64,000 nucleotides of DNA, taken from the NCBI GenBank assembly GCA_040437565.1, contig JBDOQK010000051.1, positions 1-64,000 of the forward strand. The letters run 5' to 3'. The position numbers and the translations under genes are program-made. Origin of the DNA: Albugo candida (lineage: Eukaryota). This document shows, piece by piece, positions 50,783-62,677 of this stretch; the first letter of the stretch is position 1; each line of letters opens with the position of its first letter. Under the pieces are notes generated by a model. The model was not told the origin of the DNA and did not search any database. It saw only the letters and a list, made by a program, of their open reading frames with translations.

Positions 50783-51979
50783 ATGCCACCCTTCAGTATA
50801 TGGGCACTATTTCTGACCGCTTTGATGTCTATGGAGTCACCCAGCCAAATCATTGCTCTATCTGGAATCTTCAACGTGTCGTCTCAGAAACCAGGAGACT
50901 TTACTAGGTGTCATGAGTGCCTCGTATCCACTTTGGGTAGTGCGCAAATACATTTGCTTGCAACAAAAAGCGCCTTCAGACTCTATTGGATTTATGGATA
51001 TTCAAATATAAGAAGAGCGTTTCTCTTATTGCGAAAGAAAGGAGGTATGTTATCTAACAAATCATTTGGAGCAAACATACAGGCGCGGTACCTCAATAAG
51101 TATCCACAGATACAGAAAATATCCAAATAAAGGAATCGGCATTCATTCATTGGCGATCGCGATGGATGAAGAATTAGGGAGGGAGTTAGCTAGGTACACA
51201 GCTACAAGAGCCTCCAAATACGACCCATCATCACTGATTTGGAAATAAAAGGTTGAAATTCCAGTCTTCTTTTGGAAGGACTACTCAATCAGAGATGAAA
51301 CACTTCTTGTACATTCTCAGGAAACACNNNNNNNNNNNNNNNNNNNNNNNNNNNNNNNNNNNNNNNNNNNNNNNNNNNNNNNNNNNNNNNNNNNNNNNNN
51401 NNNNNNNNNNNNNNNNNNNNNNNNNNNAGAAAATGTAGTAGGATACAAGCGGTTCCCTTGAAATTCTGTTCTATTCACCGAGCGTTCACGGTTACGCAAT
51501 CACGTAGACGAAATAAAGTGATCGAATTTAACCAGAATCTGAATTCGGTAGGTGTTTGGCCTCCCCTACAGCACCAGATTGAAGAAAACATGAATGGGCT
51601 CAAGTCACCAACGAGCCCGCTGTCTCCTTTCGCAGCGACAGATAGCCCACAAATCTGGCCAGCGTCAAACAACATCGCTCTCGTGGAGATCAAATTCGCG
51701 GATTCTAGATCGTATGATTGTTTGAATTGCCTAGCGGAGCATACAGAGCTTTTCTTCTTTTACAGAAGCGAAGTCGAACGTAGTGGATACGTTTGGATGC
51801 GTCCCGTTCTATTAACCATCCTATCTTCCTGCGTTGGGATGCATTGCTCAAGCCTCTCTTATAATGAAAATGGAATGCAAATGAGACGTCCCGTAGGACT
51901 GCCGCCAGTGACGACTATAGATATTATATTGTCACTTGTGATGTTTAATAAACGTAATACAAAGGCACCACACACATAG
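50783..51979 (+). pseudogene. CCG effector paralog 3, disrupted; middle part lies in gap 51328-51427
   Basis: Signal peptide plus CHECLVSTLG. Has a 2-nt deletion near 51025 relative to paralog 2 and an in-frame TAA at 51246-51248 (GAA in paralog 2). The 3' part is nearly identical to paralog 2. Confidence 0.82.
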
Positions 51980-52427
51980 TGAAATCACATCAAGAAAGTA
52001 AATGATTTAGATTGCCAAGGACAGGGTACATATTTGTTTGAATATTAATTTTTTGCAAGTGGTTTTGAGAAGCGTTAGCCGACTCCGTGCTATAAACCAA
52101 CGGCTGTTTGTTACAGAAAGGTATCTAGTAAATGGTGACCTGATTAAATGCAGGGCCCAACGGCTGTCTTCGTCAAAAAATTACCCAAGCCACTTATGCC
52201 GTAAAATTTTCGGAGAAGTGAAAAAATACGACTTTTTTGATGAGCTGACTGCTTTGATAACAAATACATAAAAGCTATCTTCGCTAACTCAGGAATTGTT
52301 GCGTCTCCATAGTTTCCTAAGGAGTTAATAAGACGTGCAGATTAACAATATGCCCCCTATTTAGATATGCATCATAAATAATAACTGTGAAATTTGCGTT
52401 CACAAACAATCACGCCTAACCGAATTC

Positions 52428-53830
52428 ATGGCAACTACTCCCGCTCTTCCTATACTGGTAGCAGTATTATTTTATAGAAACAAGAGATATGATGAATCTG
52501 GGACGAATCCGTATAATTTAAAAATACCACATCATAGATACCTAGTTAGTAGCCTGGGTACCTACCCTCTTTCTCACCGGATTTGTACGTGACTTACATT
52601 CGAATAAGATTGTGATAGAACGGAATAGTTATTAGTAAAAAATTATCCTTGATCGTCACGAAGCATGCTAAATGGTCCGCTTATAGCACGTATCGATCAA
52701 TTATGATAGGTTTCGAAGATATGTTTAGTATTACATAATTGAGGCAGACTCAATGCCGAGCACTATGACTTGAAGTTAAGTATCGAGAATCGTTCAACCT
52801 ATACCATAAACGTTTGCATCGTTTCAAAAAAAAGATTTGATGGAATCATTTGCGACTCAAGATTCCAAAAATTGTGAACTTATCATACCTGTTTCAATCT
52901 ATCTGAATCGAACCGTCGATCAAAACCTTTTACCATATGGTCATCATCATCGCGAAAAAGAATCTTTAGATAACCTATCAATTATCAAGACTTTCCACCT
53001 GCGAAATCTTCTTTCCGACGGCGGTAGATAAATTACATTCACGCATTCCTGTTTCATAGTATTGAGGGTAGCAGATCAAAACAAGACTATGATTTCATCG
53101 TCAGCGATATTTCCATCGCTCAAAGTTCTAAATCTTCAGCTTTATATTCAGCATTAAGCTGGTTCACAAAACAGATTTCGGAAAAGACCTTTTTCAGATT
53201 GATTTCCTTTCAAAGGTGTATCCTTCATTGTTGTATAAACAGCTATATTAGTAATTAATTGTCCTCTATATGGCAATCAACTAATACATCTTCATGCCGG
53301 AGGTTATCCGACGTTTTCGAAAAAGGTTGGAGCGTTGGCAAATATTCTGATTGATAAAGCGTGGAGCTACGATCCGGAACCATTTGACCCGATGGTCATT
53401 ATTTCCTTTGAAAAGTCTGTGAGATGGTTAGGTACTGAGACTCTCAAGATTAAATGTGCACTGGATGAACAGGCGAAAAACCGAAAAGGAGCGAGCCAGT
53501 CAAAATACTGGGCGAAAATTGTCTTTCACAATTATTACGCTGCCAAATACAGAAACTACCTAGTTGTGTTCAGATTCGATCGTGTAAGGCGAACGTATCA
53601 TGCTGTGTCTACGGCAGCAGAGATATGACATCCCCTTCGATACATTGGATGGGTGGTATTCTAACAGTAATTTTGACGTGTAAGATTCGATTTTCGTCTT
53701 TCGCTTGCTTCGAAATGATGGACAGGGTGAGCACGTATGCAATCAACTACTATAAAGATCTGCTATTCGCTGCTTGGAAAAGGCAAGCCATCTTAACAAA
53801 GAAGCGACGGTTAGAACAAACTTAGTTAGA
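52428..53830 (+). pseudogene. Possible old CCG-like effector relic
   Basis: Signal-like MATTPALPILVAVLFIET, then after a frame change HHRYLVSSLG (cf. CHHCLVSSMG). Later VGALANIL (cf. LLANLM) and YRNYLVV (cf. CRECL). Many stops. Confidence 0.35.
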
Positions 53831-56800
53831 ACGCTGAGCGTAATATCCTTATATTATCCATACAACCAGTGGATAATTTAACTAGAAGAGATCACTTCTT
53901 GTTTCTATCGTAAATAAACTTGTAAATTTTGATCCAAATCAAACGTGACAGCTATAATTAAGCAAAACGATCGGATTTGAAATCACTCACGTTCACGTCT
54001 TCTAATAACGAGACCCACTCGAGTGCAGACATGCAGCTGTACTATGCCTTCAGATAATGTGGAGCTTGACTGCAGCTACTACCTATTTGGAGACGAAAAA
54101 TCACATATCACTTCTCATAGATGGAATGAAGCTAAGAGGACCAAAGGTATTTCAAAGGGGGTGGATGGGAAATGTATCCAAGTTATACTGGACAAAGCGT
54201 GAAAGTCAAACATGCTGGCGACTAGAGCAGAATTAGCATACTTTTATCAAAACCGGTTTGCGACAGGCACAAGATCACCAGCCAATACGTTATGGAAAAG
54301 GTGTCCTCCTAACGAAAAGCGATTCAAAAAAGCTTTAATGACAACTCTGTTCCAGGGTTGCGAAAGATGATGCACAATTTGCGTGCTGGCGTTTCATTCG
54401 AGTAAACCTAAAAATGAAATCAATTCACTTAGCTTTAGACTTTATTGAAACCAAGAATGAGATTCTTCTTCCATGGAATAATCGAATGATCGTAAAATCA
54501 AGGAAGTAGCGTGTCTACTTCTGATCATTACAATGGTTTCTAGGTACAATTTTGTCGCGTAGTTCCCTTCTCGGAACCTCTGATGGCTACACATTGCTGG
54601 GCAGCTCTTTATAGCTTGCTGTAAAGAAAAAAACGTGTTAGCAGTTGGTACCTGGATTAGTACGTAACTAGCCAGGGTCACCACCCAGAGAAAGAAAAGG
54701 CTGTCAAAAGGGGGTATATTGCTCATCTTACTTGACCCTTGATGAAAAACAAACCTTATCTGCGTTTATTATTACACCATCGTGGTATGCCAATTAGATT
54801 TAGGCTCGTCATTGTCGTTCCTTTTCATTGCATATCAATGTTCTGCTATCAAAGTCATGTGCGAAGATGGGTAATAGTTGTTGACCTCATTGGAATAAAG
54901 GAAAATATTAAGATCAAAATTGGTACAATCGACGAGCTATCCGTACATTTTAGGTATCGAATGAAAAAAATTCTGGGTCTCCGTCTTTTGTAAGTTGCTA
55001 GATGGTTGTAGCAGGGGTCTCCGGAATTATTTACATGTTACATAGCAACTCAGCGCTCACGGTGAATGTCAATGGTATCCAGAGAATTAGCATGTTTTAT
55101 TCAGACAGTCCTGTTTCAGATAGCCATGTCTGAAGAGCACTATCAACGATTTCCATGTCTCTTCACATGGCAAAGGTGCAATCAATACTTTTTTGCACTC
55201 AACTCTGCAACTCTGCGGCATTGTGATGTCAGTTCTTCACTCGGGCTTCTATCATTAACAATCAGATTAAGAGATCTACGCAGGAGATATTTGGAATTCG
55301 TATTTGGTTCAATTCTCCCTATTTGCCATCAACCCGTAAAGGACCTAAAAAGGGGTTGTTTTTTAATATTCTTCGAATAGGCGTTTACGCATTGGGTATT
55401 TGGTCATTTGATTGAGTACAATTCTCGTTCTACCATTCTGACGACCTTAGGGATCATTGGTTGGTTTATTGGGTTCTCTCTATGGCTCCCAGGGTTAGCT
55501 CGAACGATTTGGAATAGGTAGTGCTACTAGAATGATTACAATATCACTCACAACTGGGTGTGGCACATCTTTGTGGATTGAAAATCTGACTAAAAAAACG
55601 TTGTTACAAAACTATACCCTGCAGGAGTAGTCTCGAAGATAGCTTTATCTACCAAAATCTCAACCCATGCCTCATAAGGACTCAGTTGTTTCAGCGAAGA
55701 AACAGGCATGCACCTTGAAGAAAACTTTTTTATTGGAACTTCGCGCAATCATCTGGGAGAGAATATGTCAATTCTCAGCACGACTAGTCGAATATCCTCA
55801 ACGTTCGGAAGCGATTGAAGCGCATCCAATTTAGATAAACGCGCAGGTCAAAATACAGATATAATCAATCTCACAAAATGACGGACATGTAAGCCGAAGT
55901 GATTTCAAGTCTACCAGCTACAGCGTAACAGCTGAGAAAAGCGCTCACTATGCAATTCTTAAACGTACCGATCTGTTGCATTGATGCTTTTCGATATGTA
56001 GAAATGGTGCTAATAGCGTTCTAACGCCGGGGTTCTTTTGTAGACAGGCAAGAAGGTGCAGATATTGATGAACGGCCATATCACATCGTCTAGTGCACCA
56101 CGAAGTGGATTGAAAAGGGTTAATTTCTTTCGAATTGGATTGTCTAATGACGATACGTTTTCAAGAAAGGGTACTAGAACGTGACGAACGTGTCTTTTGA
56201 ATTGATTTGAATGCTGTTTAACTGGGCTTAATGTCGGTTTATCAGATTATTACAAGTTCTCGGATCACCAATTTAACCACTTGGCCTTATTTTTTTTTAA
56301 TAATGATTCAGGGATTTTGGCACTTTTCAGGAAGAAGCCGATTCATTCGAAGGGGACCACAACTCCCGAGAAGCTTTTCTACGTTGGATTTTGTTTATGT
56401 TTTTGACATGCACGCAGTGTCGGTTTTCAATATCAGTGGTATTGCACTATGCATGTGGGCACAACAGCAAATATACTAAGCGATACTGGCAATTCATACC
56501 AAGTCAATAGATATGTTCACACTCGCACCGCAGTGGCATGATACAATAGTGAAGTAAAAGAGAGCACCGCTTCTTGGTCGAAATATTCGTTCAAAGTTTG
56601 GCACCACATGATTAAAGCGTGGAAAATACCGATTAGAATGTTATATTATGCCTTCAATACGATATGCGGCAACGAACTGATTCCATTGCTACAACACAAT
56701 TCATTAAAGAGATCCGACTTGTTCTCCGAGCATGCAAAACTTTGGCGAATTGATTCGAGAACTTTGAAGATAAGTTTCTGGACTTTTGGGATTTTAAAAT

Positions 56801-58725
56801 CACGACACATGGCCGTAAAGGAGCCTACAAACTACTACAACGTTCAAAAGCTCACTAAAATCGAATTTGGCTGTAGAATATTTCTGAATAGACTTTGAAT
56901 GAAGTCGCCCAGCTACTGCACTGTAACAACTCGACTCTGGTCTCATATCTTGGATCCAACCAACCAAGATTGGCACGTCGGCTTATGAAGATTGCAAAGA
57001 ATAGAAGGAAGCATCTTTCTTAAGGAAATCCAGCCCGACATTATAATGGGCACTCAGGTTCCTCGTGCGGTACCTGAATCCAAACAGCATTTCTACTTTA
57101 AATGAAAACACAAGGAATAGAATTGTGCTAGAAGACGCTCTTGACTCGAAATTTTTGTTGAATCTCGTTCATCTTGGACGGACAACGTTTCGTGTGCTAT
57201 TGAGTCGATGATATGGACGAAATAAAACGAGCCAGTAAATTGTATCCGATTTACGGCTTGCGTTGCAAGCTGTAACGTTTCACTTCAACTGCACAGATTG
57301 GAATTCATCGTTTTCTCAAACAGTTCGACTATTCCACCACTTCCGTGAGCTAAATCACGTATAGTGCGCACATTCGGTACCTTTACAGACAGTGTTACGA
57401 TCAAGACGAGCGCATTTCGCTTTTTTGGGTTTTGGATCAGATTCTCATCAATGTATCATTTGATTAGTGTTTACAATCCGGATCCCATTGCAACTGTATG
57501 TGTGCTCTTAGTCCTATTTGAATGACGAATGCAGCCCGGCGAGGCGAAAACCCATTTGTAAATGAGTGTTCTGTTTGACACTCCATATTCACGACATCCT
57601 GGAAACAGTCTCATATCATATTTTGTTGGAGCGTGTCAACCTCATAAATCATTTTAGATAAAATCTTCCATTTGAAGCGCAACTCCACCATCGTGTCAAG
57701 GGGCTTCCTAACTGTCAGCCAGTGCCACTTCACTCAGGGTTTTTGATGTTTATACTATACGGCCTGGATATGTGATATTTAGAGCTTGCGATCACAATCC
57801 AAGTACCCACTTCTACCCAGCTTCGGATGGAGAACATATTTCTGAGGCACTGTGAAAAAGCGTTTCGTGGGAGTTGTACATCTTCAATGGAAACGATGGT
57901 GAAAGTAATGATGAGGTTGGTTTGCACTGAGCTGAAGAATTTCACTGGCTCCCTGTTGGGCTTTCTATTGAAGCAATTGAATGCGCAATGTTACAAACTC
58001 ATATTATCTGAAATGTGCTACTCATCCTCTTGCAGTAAACTCTCAATGAAAAAGATGAAGATAATTCTTGTATACCATTGGCTTAATACGCACCCGAGCT
58101 GTTGAACAATGAATATGATTCATGAAGATGAAGGACACTGTTTGGAGAGAATACCGTTGAGTGCTAATCCTAGAAATGCGACGAGAATATTGTGATTATT
58201 TTTGTAGATGAGGAATGGCGCTCAAAAGCCTGGAGATTCACGCCAGTGATGAAACGCTAATTCATTCAAAACAAATTGGGAGCGTTGCATAAGCTAAATA
58301 TCCACCGTCTACTTTCCAAAGATTGTGCGATGCACTTTCTGCCGTTCATTTGACTGCATCGAAGTCTTTTTTCTCCAGTTCTTTAGATATGGTCCATACT
58401 CTTCATTTGAACTGAGTGATAGATTTCACAAGCAGACTTTGCATCGATAGATCGCTTCCTACAGGACAAAGTTTCTCGCATTGCGATTACAGGCATCAAG
58501 TTGATTTATTTTACATAAATGAAATGTCAAAGTATGAAAAAAATGAAAACGATAATCTTTTTAAGACGAATGCCTTTGATTGATAAGAAGACTGGCAAAA
58601 AGTGAAGGCGAAGTGTTTGTTCAGCGCTAGCAAACGAATACACTATTAAATTTAATCAATCAAAACGACACTCTGACTTGATGTATTTATTTACTAAAGG
58701 TAACGTTTCGAGGAAACAAACATTT

Positions 58726-59853
58726 TTAAAAACTCTGTTCTGTGGCAATGTTACTGTGATTGAGTGTGCTACCTTTTGTGAAATCGACGGAAAAACGAGA
58801 ACGCGCACTGCTTTCATCCTTTGAATAGAACTGACTTAGCTGTTGCTTCTTCTTACGGCCATAGAATATGACAGCGCCTGCAATGCAAGCAACAGCTGTC
58901 AATATTCCAAACACTATGAAGATTGTCGAGACATGACTCGATTTTTGACCGCTTTTTGTGGAGATTTCTTGCACGTTTTCTGCTATTGGGACAATTTCTA
59001 TCTGACGGTTCGGTTTTGAACTTTGACCGAGCTCTGACGTCACAAGCTTGGTTTTTCGTGTTTGTTGATGCGTTATTGGAGGTTTGACAGTCTGTGAAAT
59101 GATTGTTGGAGTATGTATTTGTGGAGGCACAACCTGGCTTCTATTTTGATTACTTGAGCGCAAGTGTTCACTTCTCGAAGCTTGCGGAGGTGTCAATTGA
59201 GTGGTTGGAGCGAGTACATTGGTAGCGACTATAATGTCTAGTGCTGGAGCTAGCGGAATTTCTAAAATCGGCCTGATGAGGTCTTGAATCAGATTTGGCC
59301 CCGGCTTCGATCCCAAGGGACAGAATATCACTTGATAATCGACTCCCTTTTTGCAAGTGTGCGTTTTTATATCATCTGTGGGGTACGCATATGCGTCCTT
59401 ACACATAGGATCCATACCCAAGCACTGTATCTCTTTGCAAGTATCGCCGTCAGTTTTGCTTGGAATTATTTTCATGGGCACATTGAATCCGGTGCCACCG
59501 GTAATTGTCCGGCAATCCTCATAACTGTTACATTTCCCCGGACCCACATTGCCAGTTGGTATGGTACTGATATCATAACAGCTAAAGCTGCCGTCGGCGG
59601 CGTTTGAAAACTCGGCGAGTGTTGCGTCAGGGTCTTGGCCCATCCGAAGCATACCGCTTGTACCTGGTTCAAAAAAGCGCTCTGTCATTCCAGATTGCCG
59701 TATTATCTCGACCTTTGCATTATCGTATAAATCGACATCATGACTGCAATGATTTTGAATTTCAATTCTGTAGGAGATAACCACTCTCAAGGTAAGTATA
59801 CCCGCGAGACGGCGGAACCATTTTGTATTCGTGTGTTGTCTGAACACAATCAT
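58726..59853 (-). CDS. Thaumatin-like protein with signal peptide, Pro/Thr/Gln-rich stalk, one TM helix and cytoplasmic tail
   Basis: IQNHCSHDVDL, ATLAEF, CYDIS, GFNVPMKIIP, CKDAYAYPTDD.KTHTC, YQVIFCP. TM segment IFIVFGILTAVACIAGAVIFYG followed by RKKK. Confidence 0.88.
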   Translation of the reverse strand: MIVFRQHTNTKWFRRLAGILTLRVVISYRIEIQNHCSHDVDLYDNAKVEIIRQSGMTERFFEPGTSGMLRMGQDPDATLAEFSNAADGSFSCYDISTIPTGNVGPGKCNSYEDCRTITGGTGFNVPMKIIPSKTDGDTCKEIQCLGMDPMCKDAYAYPTDDIKTHTCKKGVDYQVIFCPLGSKPGPNLIQDLIRPILEIPLAPALDIIVATNVLAPTTQLTPPQASRSEHLRSSNQNRSQVVPPQIHTPTIISQTVKPPITHQQTRKTKLVTSELGQSSKPNRQIEIVPIAENVQEISTKSGQKSSHVSTIFIVFGILTAVACIAGAVIFYGRKKKQQLSQFYSKDESSARSRFSVDFTKGSTLNHSNIATEQSF

Positions 59854-60354
59854 TCTTTGAATGAGTTGAGTCTTTCAGGACTTACGATGGTGCACGTGAA
59901 AGTAAATATGATTACATTATAAACTGCTGGTAACTGATATGTGAAGAATTCCGAGGCATGTTCCTTGGCAGAAGCTGAGGTGTAAGTTACGCGTTATAGG
60001 AAAAATTACTCAGTTGTGTGAGAATTCCCACACTTTACCAAAAGTCGTCAACATACGGCGCGTATACTATACCATAATCAGAGCAGATTGACCATTAGTA
60101 TCCCGACGACACCTAGCAGGAAACACGAATGAATTTGTAATAGTATGAGTTTTGCACGGAAAAATAATTGCTTGCTGCGCATCGAGCGTCTGGTGGGGAC
60201 ATCAAGGTATATCACCTAACCTAATTGCTTTAATCTGTGTCATTATGATTCGTCGCTACGTGGGGACAGGTGTATACTCGATATACTTAGTATCAATTTG
60301 GTAGCAATATTTGGTATCAAAGGACATAAGTTACATCCACTATTCGTTTCAATT

Positions 60355-60904
60355 ATGCACGTGCCACGACGCCTCTTCCGTAATCAAAGTGGGCGGAACG
60401 TGTACAAACGTTGCAAACTTTCGTTGAAAGCGGGATCTGATGCCTTTCATCTGACTGAGGAACAGGAGGCACGCGTGGTACAGCGTGATCAGGAAATACG
60501 GAAACAGCATCTCGCCCTACCGAAAGGGTACGAGCTTTTATATCACAATACTAGACCCTACTGACCTTCTCAAATGTAGCGCGAATGACTCAGCGAAAAT
60601 CGCGCGAAAGAAGCGACTTTTGTATCGAAGTCGTCAACGTGGATGGCTGGAAGTTGATCTTCTCCTCGGTTCTTGGACACAAAAGAATATCGATGGGTTA
60701 CAGGAAGGAGAATTGAACGATTTCGAAGCGATTCTGAATCAAGAAACTATTGATATTTACAATTATATCACAAAACAACGTCCCATACCAAGCGAATTGG
60801 ACACAAATGTATTGCATCGCCTGCAGGAGTACTGTGCCAACTCTCCGTTGGGAAAAGCTTCCATGGATGGGTACACTCATAATAAAAGGTTCATGAGTAA
60901 TTGA
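60355..60904 (+). CDS. SDHAF2: Succinate dehydrogenase assembly factor 2 (Sdh5), 2 exons (60355-60527, 60580-60904), 165 aa
   Basis: RKKRLLYRSRQRGWLEVDLLLG motif. A 52-nt intron GTACGA...CTGAC...TAG joins an Arg-rich, mitochondrial-presequence-like exon in frame. Confidence 0.92.
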
Positions 60905-60962
60905 GCTAGTTATCGGCAAGTTTTAAGGCCTGCGTGCATATAAACAATGAAAATCTCGGTGT

Positions 60963-61829
60963 TTATGTCTCGGCGACAATTCTCTGACGGTAGAAACTAT
61001 CACTCTGAATAGAGGACTTTGTGTCGACCACGTTATGTTCGCCATGTAGTAGCCGATATACTTTACGTCCATACGTTTTGGCAGCATGACACACCTTTTG
61101 CAATTCTTCACTTTCTAATTCTTCCGCCACACGTGCTTCCCGACGTATAATCTTAAACGCCCTTCGGAATTGACCAATTTGAATCGCGTTATAAGCCAGA
61201 TGAATCCGACATTTGCTTCGTAAAATGGGATCCTGGAGCCCGACAGAGATTGCGATCTGCAATCGCGCCATAAGTCGTGCCTGGTTTATGTGCTTACATA
61301 AAAAATGACCTCCACCCAAAGTTGAGACGTACGCGTTTAATGTGACCAATGCAGCAACGCCATGCACAAAGCGAACAGCCCGTCGAGAAGAGCTCCAACA
61401 AAAAGGAAAGTATTGCGAAGGTGCGTAGGTCACTAATGCAACGATCGCGCACGGTGCAGATGCATGCAGTTGTACCTTGTATAACGTTAATGTGTCCGTA
61501 CACAAAGTGAGGACCTGCTCGACTCTCTCGGAACGCGGAATTCCTGCAGCAGAAGCGATAACACTAAGCAGATGACTTAGACAATCGCTTGGCGATTCCA
61601 TCAGTTTTGTTTTCGTTGTCATGGTAGCCAAATAGTCGCGCAGCGCTGTGTACAGATTCCACGACCTGACACTGACTTTTAGATAGCATGGATTATCCAC
61701 TTGAATGTCCTCAGCACCATGTTCTTTCTCGTAAATTTTACGCAGTTTTTTGAGTGACTTTTCTTTTCTTTGTGATTGTTCAAGCGCATGAGAACAATTA
61801 GAGACTCCAATCAGAAGCGGTGCGCGCAT
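60963..61829 (-). CDS. Conserved hypothetical protein, DUF4807-like
   Basis: 288-aa ORF with STLGGG...LQDPILRSKCRIHLAYNAIQIG, a pattern I recall from DUF4807 proteins (not verified). Confidence 0.7.
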   Translation of the reverse strand: MRAPLLIGVSNCSHALEQSQRKEKSLKKLRKIYEKEHGAEDIQVDNPCYLKVSVRSWNLYTALRDYLATMTTKTKLMESPSDCLSHLLSVIASAAGIPRSERVEQVLTLCTDTLTLYKVQLHASAPCAIVALVTYAPSQYFPFCWSSSRRAVRFVHGVAALVTLNAYVSTLGGGHFLCKHINQARLMARLQIAISVGLQDPILRSKCRIHLAYNAIQIGQFRRAFKIIRREARVAEELESEELQKVCHAAKTYGRKVYRLLHGEHNVVDTKSSIQSDSFYRQRIVAET

Positions 61830-62677
61830 TCGTTTCGATTGCTTGCTGCTTGATCAGTTCTGATTGGGTACAATTAAGAATGTATAAACGCAGTAAGCAA
61901 AGGTGTTGTTGTATCTCGTTCGGCTATAGACTATAAAGAGTTAGATCTAATAAGCATGGAGATCTTAAAGTGAAGGCTATAAAGTATAATAAAAAAATCC
62001 TGCTTCGTGGCCATACTTGAGCCGGTGGGAGGTAGTACGGCTGACTATAATTACAAAGTTCTTCAGTAATTATTCTCAAGGAATTGAACGAAAACACAGA
62101 GAATCACTCCAGCAATTAAACACCATTGGCAGCACATTTTAGGTCGACAACGAGATGTCTTTTGGATTTCACTCAAAAGTATGGAATTGTTGAGCATTAT
62201 GATATACCAGTAATTTATAACGATAGGGAGTATTTATGTAGTAGAACCCATTTCTATGCTGCAATTTGCATGGAATCATGTCTTTTGAGCCAATCAAAAA
62301 ACGATGGTCAATCATCAATTACATCCAGTCATATTCTCTGTCTTCGATATTTTCCATCGTGATGCGTTGATGCTACATTCACGTCACTGTAGCACTGATT
62401 CGAATCATCCTTAAAGTATAATCACGCATACTGCAACATGGTCTCTTATTCCAAAATTCACGGTAATTGGAAACGCTAGGAGTGACAATATCCTCTTGGT
62501 TTGTGTAACCCTCAACTACCTCTTCAATTCGATATCTGATTCCATATAATGTACCGTTTCTACTTTTCACTATAACGCGCTGGACGTTCGAACTCTTGCA
62601 CGCTTCTAGCAAGCGCAGCCATACACGATACCACCCACGCTGATCAAATCGCCATCTGAGAGCATCCTCTCGTCCTC

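Noticed and set aside
54000-58600. Scattered 60-100-aa ORFs
   Set aside because: No motif or coherent gene structure; left unannotated.
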